This document shows, piece after piece, positions 40,639 through 48,743 of a DNA stretch of 48,743 nt. The stretch's first letter is position 1; every line of letters begins with the position of its first letter. The translations under genes and the position numbers were made by a program. The notes beneath the pieces were generated by a model that was given only the letters and a program-made list of their open reading frames with translations, was not told the DNA's origin and searched no databases. This DNA comes from Pachysolen tannophilus NRRL Y-2460 (lineage: Eukaryota), in contig KV454018.1 of assembly GCA_001661245.1 (NCBI GenBank), positions 693,569 to 742,311 on the forward strand. The letters run 5' to 3'.

Positions 40639-42399
40639 TTACCAAGTTTCTTGGATATATCTGCCTTGGTTTTCCATTTCAAGTAGCATTTGGTTAGCTT
40701 TTTCGTTATCAACATCTTCATTACATTCTTCAAAAATAGTCGTAAAAGTAATTCTAACTTGATTGGGCATCTTACCTGAACTACCGCATAAATAAATAAT
40801 AGCATTTCTATTTGAAATTAAATCGTTAAGTAACAGTTTTTCTTTATACAAGATTTCTTGAACGTAACCTCCTTTACCTTCTCTAGAGAAGGAACTAAAT
40901 AATTTAGTTAATTTTCCCTCATGAAGTAGTGAATTCCATAATTCTCCATAAAGAAAATCTTTATCATGATATCTGTTACCTGTAAATAAATATAATTCAA
41001 TATTTGGGTTTGTTTGGATTTTGGTTTCAATTAATGATTTGATTGGCGCAATACCTGTTCCAGGAGCAATCATTATTAATGGAACATTTACAGATGGTTT
41101 CCCTATTTGTAAATTTTGTTCACGAATATGGAAAACCAAATTATCTCCCAGTTTCAATTTCTTTAACCATCTAGTACATATACCTCTTCTAATTTTTCTA
41201 AGCATTGTCTTATATTCTACAATGGCAACTGTAAGCTCAACGGTAGAATCATTTGGTTTTGAAGATATAGAGAATAATCTTGGTTTCAAGATGGGGAAAA
41301 TTTCCAAGATATAATCCACTGGGATTTTTAAAGAAAAAAATTCTAAAATGGTTTCTAAAATTGATCTTCTTGGTCTATTAGCATAATCATATAATTCTTG
41401 TGTTCCTTCAATCTTGGAAAATTCTAATAATTTTTCACGTTCTCTTTCATCTGATGCAAAATACCAAGCATTTAAGAAAAAACTTCTCTTTGGTATGGAT
41501 ACTATATCTAAATGATAAGTTATTAATGATCTTAAAGTTAATTTTTGTAATAATCCACCTTCAACTTTTGGTAAATCTCCTTGAATTGAAAGTGGGAAAT
41601 CAGCAATATTATCCCAACCTTGAGAATCTAACAAAGTTTGAACATCTCTTGGATCATTTGATGGGTATAATGCTACTGTATCTCCAGGTTTATAATGTAA
41701 TTGTAAATCCGAATTACTTTTGATTAAAACATTTCTAACATCTTGGAAATGATCATCACTTGTCATTCTTTCATTATGTAAGATCTGACCAGTTATTAAC
41801 GTATTATCTGAACGATTAAGTGAATCCTTGGTATCTATTAATTTTTTAAATTTTGTAGTATGAATTGTTAAAGAATTTCTTGCTGGTAATAATTCTGATA
41901 TTGGAATTTCTTTTAAATTTTCTGGTAAGGGAAATTTTTGATTTAAATTTGAAATTAATACTTTTTCCCATTCCATATAAAAACCTTCAATACCATCAGG
42001 CAGTTGTTCATCACTTTCAGCCCTATTACTAATTTCAATTGCTCCTAATTGTAATAATCTTCTATGAATTTTTTTTGCCGCATAATTAAATTGTGGATAA
42101 GAAGAATCTCCAAGACCAAATGTAGTAAAATATAAATGTTCCAATAAATCTAATGGAAGTTTTTTCCTTAACATAAATTTCCAAAAACTTCTTGCATTTC
42201 TTGGTAATTCTCCTTGACCTGTTGTTGAACATATTATAATTAAAATTTTAATATCTAATAATTTTTTTAAATCAAAATCATCCAAGCTACAAACAACTGT
42301 TTGAAACCTTAACCGCTCACATTTCCTGGCCAATAGATAAGCCAAATCTTGAGAATTCCCAGTCTCCGACCCATATAGTATCACTATTGATCTCGTCAT
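40639..42399 (-). CDS. TAH18: NADPH-dependent diflavin reductase (NDOR1)
   Basis: ILYGSETGNSQD, CSTTGQG, FGLGDSSY, HFQDVR, PRLFSISS, PGTGIAP and C-terminal GRYIQETW. ATG at 42399. Confidence 0.95.
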   Translation of the reverse strand: MTRSIVILYGSETGNSQDLAYLLARKCERLRFQTVVCSLDDFDLKKLLDIKILIIICSTTGQGELPRNARSFWKFMLRKKLPLDLLEHLYFTTFGLGDSSYPQFNYAAKKIHRRLLQLGAIEISNRAESDEQLPDGIEGFYMEWEKVLISNLNQKFPLPENLKEIPISELLPARNSLTIHTTKFKKLIDTKDSLNRSDNTLITGQILHNERMTSDDHFQDVRNVLIKSNSDLQLHYKPGDTVALYPSNDPRDVQTLLDSQGWDNIADFPLSIQGDLPKVEGGLLQKLTLRSLITYHLDIVSIPKRSFFLNAWYFASDEREREKLLEFSKIEGTQELYDYANRPRRSILETILEFFSLKIPVDYILEIFPILKPRLFSISSKPNDSTVELTVAIVEYKTMLRKIRRGICTRWLKKLKLGDNLVFHIREQNLQIGKPSVNVPLIMIAPGTGIAPIKSLIETKIQTNPNIELYLFTGNRYHDKDFLYGELWNSLLHEGKLTKLFSSFSREGKGGYVQEILYKEKLLLNDLISNRNAIIYLCGSSGKMPNQVRITFTTIFEECNEDVDNEKANQMLLEMENQGRYIQETW

Positions 42400-42959
42400 A
42401 GCCAAATAGCACTTGAGCTGTTTTTTCTTGCGGTATTATTGATGACTCTAAAGAAATTTTATCTTAACTTATTGTCTTTCAACTGAAAAAATGAAAAATG
42501 AAAAATGAAAAAAGAAAAGAGAGAGATCAAATAGATAGCAAACAGTTTTCAGTCTTGATGATGTATAAAAATGCCCTTCTTATTTTCTTATTTACGGGCA
42601 AAGAGAACATGAATCTGCCGTGTTGTTTCTGATAAAAAAGGTGGAAAATTTTTGTTAAGAAATTAGATCGAGAAACGAGCAAAAAAAGGTTAACTCAGTC
42701 AGTATCTTGTTCGTATAAATTTTATAAACGGGGTTTTGCTGCTGTCTTTCTGTTGCCGCCTAGTTTAGCGTGGACTTAGACCAAACTGGAGTTGGGCAGC
42801 TTTCTGGCGTTGGGCAGCTAGCTAACTTTTGGCCGGCCGGTGACTTTGGCCGGTGACTGGCGCCGTTAGGTGCTTACTTACAGTCTCATTCACACTATTT
42901 CTACGATTTCTTGCTGCCAAAAATAGATGCACAATTAGCAGCCGGTCTCTTAAATGATT

Positions 42960-43033
42960 GACTTCGTGGCCAAGTTGGTTAAGGCGTGTGACTGTTAATC
43001 ACAAGATCGCTGGTTCGACTCCAGCCGTTGTCG
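42960..43033 (+). tRNA. tRNA-Asn(GTT), intronless, 74 nt
   Basis: A box TGGCCAAGTTGG; anticodon arm TGTGA-CTGTTAA-TCACA (GTT at 42994-42996); T arm GCTGG-TTCGACT-CCAGC; discriminator G. Confidence 0.95.
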
Positions 43034-43034
43034 A

Positions 43035-43060
43035 TTTTAATTTTTTTTTTTTTTTTTTTT
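43035..43060 (+). terminator. RNA polymerase III oligo-T terminator
   Basis: T4, then T20, directly after the tRNA. Confidence 0.85.
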
Positions 43061-43239
43061 ACAAATTTTTTTTTAAGTTTCTTTGTTAATTTGCAATTGC
43101 AATTTCAAAAAATTCCCAAATATCAATCATCACATTTCTTATCGAACATCTCGTAATTGGTATCCACTTCCCCTTAGTTGTTACTTGTCACTTCTGTTGC
43201 GTCGTTTTTCTCTGTTTTTGTATAAAAAGTTTTTTGGAA

Positions 43240-43245
43240 ACGCGT
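43240..43245. promoter_or_regulatory. MCB element (ACGCGT) upstream of RFC5
   Basis: Exact MluI box about 160 bp upstream of a DNA replication gene, in otherwise CpG-poor sequence. Confidence 0.65.
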
Positions 43246-43400
43246 ATTTTTCAATTGTTTTTTTTTTTCTTATTTTTTTGCTGCAGTAAGAATAACAAGA
43301 AGAGAAAGAAGAAGAAGAAGAAGAAGAAGAAAAAGAAGTAGTTGTATAACTGAACGATAGTAACTTAAATTTTTTTTCTTTTCCCATTTGGAAATTCATC

Positions 43401-44537
43401 ATGTCATTGTGGGTTGATAAGTATAGACCAAAATCTTTGGATAAATTGGATTATCATCATGATATTTCTAAAAGGTTAAAAGCTTTGGCTTCTTCAGGAG
43501 ATTTCCCACATTTGTTAGTTTATGGACCTTCTGGAGCAGGTAAAAAGACTAGAATTTTATCAAGTTTAAGAGAGTTATATGGTCCTGGTGTTGAAAAATT
43601 GAAAATTGATGTCAAGACATTTGTTACACCTACTAATAGGAAATTGGAATTTAATGTTATTTCATCACCATATCATTTAGAGATTACACCAAGTGATATG
43701 GGAAATAATGATAGAATTGTTATTCAAGATTTATTAAAAGAAGTTGCACAAACTGAAAGTGTTGATTTTTCTAATATTGTAAGTAATATGAAACCTACAA
43801 TAAATAAGAAAAATAAATTTAAAGTTGTTATTATTAATGAAGCTGAACTTTTAACAAGAGATGCTCAAGCAGCTTTAAGAAGAACAATGGAAAAATATTC
43901 TTCAAATATTAGATTAATTTTAATTTCTAATTCAACATCTAATATTATTGGACCAATAAGATCAAGAACTTTATTAATAAGAGTTGCAGCACCAACAAAT
44001 ATTGAAATTTTATCAGTTTTTAATAAAATTATAGAAAAAGAAGATTTATTAAAATTTTTACCAAAAGATGAAATTGAAAGAGAAAAATTATTAAATAATA
44101 TAGCTAATTATAATGATCGTAATTTAAGAAAAGCAATTTTATCATTTGAAGCATTATATATGAATAATGATATTATAACTATTTCTACACCATTAATTAA
44201 ATTAGATTGGGAAGAAATATTGAAAAAATTAGCTGATTCAATTTTAATTAAAAGATCTGTTGCTAATATACAACATATAAGATCAATATTATATGATTTA
44301 TTATCTCATTGTATACCAGCAAGATTAATTTTGAAAACTTTAGTTATTAATCTTTGGGAATTTTGTTCTATAAATGATAAAAAATATAAAATTAAATCAA
44401 AAGATGAGGTTAAATTAAAAATTGTTAATACTGGTTCAATTTTTGATGAAAGGTTAAGTCTTGGTAGTAAAGATATTTTCCATTTAGAAGGTTTTACAAT
44501 TAAAGTAATGGTTATCTTGGAAAAAGATTCATTATAA
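43401..44537 (+). CDS. RFC5: Replication factor C subunit 5
   Basis: MSLWVDKYRP, YGPSGAGKKT, HLEITPSD, DAQAALRRTMEKYS and IFHLEGF. Confidence 0.97.
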   Translation: MSLWVDKYRPKSLDKLDYHHDISKRLKALASSGDFPHLLVYGPSGAGKKTRILSSLRELYGPGVEKLKIDVKTFVTPTNRKLEFNVISSPYHLEITPSDMGNNDRIVIQDLLKEVAQTESVDFSNIVSNMKPTINKKNKFKVVIINEAELLTRDAQAALRRTMEKYSSNIRLILISNSTSNIIGPIRSRTLLIRVAAPTNIEILSVFNKIIEKEDLLKFLPKDEIEREKLLNNIANYNDRNLRKAILSFEALYMNNDIITISTPLIKLDWEEILKKLADSILIKRSVANIQHIRSILYDLLSHCIPARLILKTLVINLWEFCSINDKKYKIKSKDEVKLKIVNTGSIFDERLSLGSKDIFHLEGFTIKVMVILEKDSL

Positions 44538-44632
44538 GATTCAATTACACAAACACATAGAGACAAAAATTTTAAGAAAATTAATATTGTTTGTTTATTT
44601 TTATATATATCTATATACAAGAAATATCATTA

Positions 44633-45301
44633 TTATCTTTTACGACCAGTATATAATCTATATTCAGGTAATTTTGATTTCAATACATTACCGAAAACTT
44701 TTGTTGGATTTTGTTTTAAAGTTTCAAGATAATTTATTTGATTTCCAGTTTCCTTTATTGCTTTTAAACCAACTCTTAGAGCATCATTTTTTTTAACAAA
44801 TTCAAATACACCAGGAAGTTTTTCACCAGCTTTTCTAAAAGCTTCTCTTGCAACTTTTTCATGTAAAGTATTTGAACCTCCAATTTCAAATATAATTTTA
44901 CCAGTAGGTACCCTAACGGCCCAATAATCAAAAGCTCCTTTACCTTTACCCATACGTGTCTCATTACCTTTAGTACAAACAGCAACATTAGTACATAATC
45001 TCCTCCATATCTTTGCTCCAATAGGTCTCATCATCCTCAATATAACAGCATCCGCTTCTTTCAACTGATTTGCTGACATACGAACACCTTCGGATTTTAA
45101 CCTAATACCATATTCTCCAAACTCAATAGTTGAACCTTTAGTAGAACCACCAGTCCTTACAGGAACTCTACCTTTATGTCTCTTACCAACATGTTTAAAT
45201 CTAGGTGCCAACTCATGAGAAAATCGTTTCCCCAATGTACTAACAACTGATAAAACAGAAGTCTTTCTAACCGCCAGAAATCCAACTCTTGCTAAAAACA
45301 T
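44633..45301 (-). CDS. MRPL16: Mitochondrial ribosomal protein uL16m
   Basis: HELAPRFK...[15 protein letters not shown] and [17 protein letters not shown]. Confidence 0.96.
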   Translation of the reverse strand: MFLARVGFLAVRKTSVLSVVSTLGKRFSHELAPRFKHVGKRHKGRVPVRTGGSTKGSTIEFGEYGIRLKSEGVRMSANQLKEADAVILRMMRPIGAKIWRRLCTNVAVCTKGNETRMGKGKGAFDYWAVRVPTGKIIFEIGGSNTLHEKVAREAFRKAGEKLPGVFEFVKKNDALRVGLKAIKETGNQINYLETLKQNPTKVFGNVLKSKLPEYRLYTGRKR

Positions 45302-45553
45302 CTTTCACTAAATTTCAAATTGATCTCTTCCTTTATTTCTTGTTGGTTGGATTTCATTTCAAAACCTTCTTTTTTTCCTTCAAAAATTTTTTTTTTCCAA
45401 TTTTTCAACTTCTTTTCGGTTACGCAGCACATAAAAAAAATCAAAGAAATTTTGAAGGAATTTTAAGAAAATAACGTTTGTTTTGAAAGGTATTATTGAA
45501 TTGGAGGAAAGTTGGGGTTTTTTTCTTTTCTTCTTAGTGGTTGTATTGATTTG

Positions 45554-46957
45554 ATGATGATGATGATTCGAGGTAGATGGAATGGATCTTGTGTTGTTAT
45601 GTTGCAATTGTTTAGAAGGTTTTCATCGGTGAAGGTTAATACTGGAGATGTTCCAAGTATTATTGTTAATAATAAGAGTTATAAACCTGATGAATGGACC
45701 AATGTTCCTAATTCGATTTTACAGTTGACTAATAGGAAGTTACATTTGGATGAGAATCATCCTATTGGGATATTGAGGAGTCTTATTGAAGATAGGTTTA
45801 AAGGATTAGGGTATACTTATTATAATGAATTTGAACCTGTGGTGAGTACATTTGAAAATTTTGATGTTTTAAATTTTCCAAAAGATCATCCAGGAAGGTC
45901 AAAATCTGATACTTATTATTTAAATAAAGATATGTTATTGAGAACACATACATCTGCACATGAATATCTGTGTTTTAAAAAATGTGAGACTCCTGGGTAT
46001 TTTATTAGTGCTGATGTTTATAGGAAAGATGAAATTGATAAAACACATTATCCTCTGTTTCATCAAATGGAAGGTGCTAGGATATGGGAAAGATCTAAAG
46101 ATTTCGAACAAAAAATTAAAGATGATATTAATGCCATCCCAAAGTTAGATATGATTGTAGAAGATGATTTCCCTTGTTTTGATCCTATAACAAATCCAAA
46201 ACAAGATTATATGACACCTAATGAAGTTGAATTAGTTAGTACACATTTGAAAAGAACAATTGAATTATTAATTTATCAAGTTTTCAGTGCTGCAAAGGAA
46301 AATGCCATTATTGAGAAAAAAATCAATGGGAAAATATCTGTTGATGAAGCTTTTTTGAATGAACCACTTCGAGTCAAATGGATTCCTGATTATTTCCCAT
46401 GGACAGCTCCAAGTTGGGAAATTGATGTTTGGTGGAAAGGTGAATGGTTAGAATGTTGTGGGTGTGGTCTTGTAAGACAAAAAATCCTAACAAATTCTGG
46501 AATCTCACCCAATACCGTCGGATGGGCATTTGGTGTTGGTCTAGATAGAATTGCAATGTTATTATTTGGTATCCCAGATATAAGATTATTTTGGACATTA
46601 GATGAACGTTTTAAATCTCAATTCATAAAGGGTAAAATCACAAGTTTCAAACCTTATTCCAAATACCCAGCCACTATAAGAGATGTGGCATTCTGGTTGC
46701 CACAAGATAATTTGAACTTAAATGAACCATTACATGAAAATGATTTAATGGAAATTGTTAGAGAAACTGCTGGTGATTTAGTAGAAAGTGTAAAATTAAT
46801 TGATGAATTTATTCACCCAAAGACAAACAGAAAATCCCAATGTTACAGAATACAATATCAGTCAATGGATAGAAACTTAACAAACGAAGAGATAAACATC
46901 TTACAGGAAACCGTAAGACTCAAACTACAACAGAAATATAACATCGAATTACGCTGA
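45554..46957 (+). CDS. MSF1: Mitochondrial phenylalanyl-tRNA synthetase
   Basis: HPGRSKSDTYY, LRTHTSAH, FHQMEG, YFPWTAPSWE, GWAFGVGLDR and a C-terminal anticodon-binding domain. The start is either 45554 or 45599 (MLQLFRRFSS). Confidence 0.95.
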   Translation: MMMMIRGRWNGSCVVMLQLFRRFSSVKVNTGDVPSIIVNNKSYKPDEWTNVPNSILQLTNRKLHLDENHPIGILRSLIEDRFKGLGYTYYNEFEPVVSTFENFDVLNFPKDHPGRSKSDTYYLNKDMLLRTHTSAHEYLCFKKCETPGYFISADVYRKDEIDKTHYPLFHQMEGARIWERSKDFEQKIKDDINAIPKLDMIVEDDFPCFDPITNPKQDYMTPNEVELVSTHLKRTIELLIYQVFSAAKENAIIEKKINGKISVDEAFLNEPLRVKWIPDYFPWTAPSWEIDVWWKGEWLECCGCGLVRQKILTNSGISPNTVGWAFGVGLDRIAMLLFGIPDIRLFWTLDERFKSQFIKGKITSFKPYSKYPATIRDVAFWLPQDNLNLNEPLHENDLMEIVRETAGDLVESVKLIDEFIHPKTNRKSQCYRIQYQSMDRNLTNEEINILQETVRLKLQQKYNIELR

Positions 46958-46961
46958 TTAT

Positions 46962-46971
46962 CTTGTAAATA
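46962..46971 (+). promoter_or_regulatory. Puf3-type 3'UTR element CTTGTAAATA
   Basis: Matches C-N-UGUA(A/U)AUA just after the MSF1 stop. An equivalent CTTGTATATA follows MRPL16 (44621-44612, minus strand). Confidence 0.6.
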
Positions 46972-47125
46972 GAATAGAAATAGAGATTTTGTATGTAGTG
47001 TAATGAACCACCAATAGAAATCATATAGTATAGAAAAATTTGTATATAATAATAATGAATATAAATTTAACAAGTTTATTGAATTAATTAATTAGTTAGT
47101 TAAAAAGAAAGAAGGATCTATAGAG

Positions 47126-48256
47126 ATGTCAGATATTCCTTCGTTATTGGATAGATCATTGGATGAGATAATTGGTGAGAAGCCTTCAATGGGAAGTGTA
47201 AGTTTAGTGTTGAAGATTGATGATTTTATAAAAAGTCTTTTTTTTTTTGATTGTGTTTTTTTGACTAACAAGAATTTTAAATATAGCGTTCTCATCGTGG
47301 TGGAAGATCAAATCATCGTATAGGCAAGAGAGTATGTTAGAATTTATTAAGTGGGAGAGGAAAGAAAGTAGAAAAGAAGGACCCAAAAGACCAAAAAGAG
47401 AAAAAATTGCTAACAAGTTTCTTTTTATCTTTGATTTTTTTTTTTTTCTGTTTAGAATGGTCCACTGAGAAGAAGAGGTTCGTCTTCATCGTATCGTCCT
47501 TATAGACAGAAGTATATTCTGCCTAATAAGGAGGTTGAACAATTGAGTGGTGGAAGACCGTATCTCAGGATAACAAATTTGAATGTTGAATTAACTGAGA
47601 ATGATATTCATGTAAGTTTAAGGCCATATATATATATATATATATATATATGATGTGACTGACTAGCTGATTGTACTTTATTTAACAAAAAAGCTAAAGT
47701 TTTCTTATTTTTTTTTTTCTTGGGTTATAGTTTTGCTAACATTTGAGTATAGGATTTATTTTCAAAAATTGGGAGAGTTGCATTTTGTCGTATTGATTAT
47801 GATACTGCTGGTTATAGTAAAGGTGTTGCGTATGTTGGTTATGATGATCCATCACTTGGTAAAGTTGCCATTGATCAATTTGATGGTCGTAAGGCTGCTG
47901 GCCAAGTGATTTCGATTGAAGATAGTACTCCACTTTCTGAAAGAATTCATCTTGCACCTCTGAAACCAGGTGTTGGTTTAAGAGCTAGATCAAAGCATGC
48001 AGGAAATAAGCCAATATCAAAAAATGGGAATAAGAGGAAAACTGCAGAAGAATTAGATGCAGAATTGGAAAGTTATTTTGAAAATAAAAATGATGAAACT
48101 CCTCAAGAAGTTGAAAGACATGAATTGGATAAAGAATTGGATAATTATATGCACGATGGAGATCAACAAGCTACTACCAGTGCTACTGGTGTTAGTGGTG
48201 CTACTAGTAACACTAGTGCTACTAGTACTGCCTCACCATTTCCTGCGGTAGAATAA
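47126..48256 (+). CDS. ALYREF/Yra1-Yra2 family mRNA export adaptor, 4 exons (47126-47197, 47287-47331, 47456-47611, 47753-48256), 258 aa
   Basis: Three phase-0 introns with GT(A/T)-type donors (GTAAGT, GTATGT, GTAAGT), CTAAC branch points and TAG acceptors. The spliced product has N-box LDRSLDEIIG, an Arg/Gly region, an RRM (LRITNL...SKGVAYVGY...FDGRKAAGQVISIE) and C-box KTAEELDAELESYF. Confidence 0.87.
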
Positions 48257-48743
48257 AACAGTGTAAACTTTTCATTTTTCTTTGTTTCCTGTGTACAATT
48301 ATAAAAATATGTTTTATTTTTTTTTATTTTTTGAGAATATGATTCACATGTTTGATATGTATACTATAAACTATATATATATAATATAATATATAATATA
48401 TATTATATTATATATTTTTTTTTTTCCATTCTTTTCTTTCTCTAATTAAGCTATTATCTGCATTTTATAAATAAATAATCACAAATAGCAATAGCAATAG
48501 CAATAACAAAAGCAATATATAGCGGATATTTATATATAATAAAAGAAAAGGGGGAAGAAGGAGGAGGAAAAAAAAAAAAAAGAAAAAATGAATTGACAGG
48601 TCTCTAAAAATACAAGCTGTAAAAAAATGTGATAATGAATATAAGAATTTGCAATAACGATAACGACAACAACAATAATTTAGAAAAAAAAAAAAAAAAA
48701 AAAAATCAATCAATCTAAAAAATTTTTTTTTTTTTTTTTTTTT

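Noticed and set aside
42556..42632. Possible box C/D snoRNA (TGATGA at 42556, CTGA at 42629; CCGTGTTG could pair with 18S CAACACGG)
   Set aside because: No terminal stem, box C lacks the preceding purine, and the complementarity is only 8 nt and not adjacent to box D. More likely TAH18 promoter sequence.
42410..42959. Solo LTR upstream of the tRNA
   Set aside because: No TG...CA boundaries with a target-site duplication, and no second copy in the window.
23059..45553. N-terminal extensions from TTG/GTG starts in the ORF track (MSS1, YCF1 copy 1, proteins B and D, TAH18, MSF1)
   Set aside because: These are eukaryotic genes, and the downstream ATGs give sensible targeting peptides or conserved N-termini.
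329..46057. CUG=Ser (Candida CTG-clade code) as an alternative reading
   Set aside because: Ser would fit SAVD-x-H and DEQ-x-PDG, but AIM25, PRE7, TIM44, SLY41 and the internal YCF1 paralogue all point specifically to Ala.
63..48713. Short antisense or overlapping ORFs in the track (e.g. 577-843, 12258-12611, 26792-27067, 41400-41723, 48465-48713)
   Set aside because: They are shadows of real genes or translations of homopolymer and microsatellite tracts, mostly with non-ATG starts and no recognisable motifs.
1..48743. CRISPR arrays, prophage or transposase/retroelement ORFs
   Set aside because: None seen. The repeats present are microsatellites, short tandem units or paralogous genes.

Overview
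AT-rich, gene-dense nuclear DNA from a budding yeast (Saccharomycotina). CTG codons fall repeatedly where homologues carry Ala (AIM25, PRE7, TIM44, SLY41, YCF1, MSF1). The window therefore appears to use the CUG=Ala code (NCBI table 26, Pachysolen-type), and the supplied translations would misread CTG as Leu. I identify 25 protein-coding genes: AIM25 (5'-partial), PRE7, ERD2, a PDI-like protein, a small TM/Ish1-like protein, SOD1, TIM44, ULP2, SOP4/EMC7, SLY41-like, a ferric reductase, IND1, MSS1, BLI1-like, two tandem YCF1-like ABCC transporters, TAH18, RFC5, MRPL16, MSF1, an ALY/Yra-family gene and four orphan secreted proteins. Six genes carry eight spliceosomal introns that the ORF track misses. 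RNA genes are one tRNA-Asn(GTT) and a candidate box H/ACA snoRNA between ULP2 and SOP4. The most promising novelties are (i) the snoRNA, whose 3' pocket matches 18S GGUAAUUCCAGCU, and (ii) the four acidic secreted/GPI proteins, which share peptide motifs and a paired upstream ACACAAA + GCGGCT(C/G)A signature suggestive of a sporulation regulon. No CRISPR array or intact mobile element was seen. All homology statements come from recalled sequences, not from searches.
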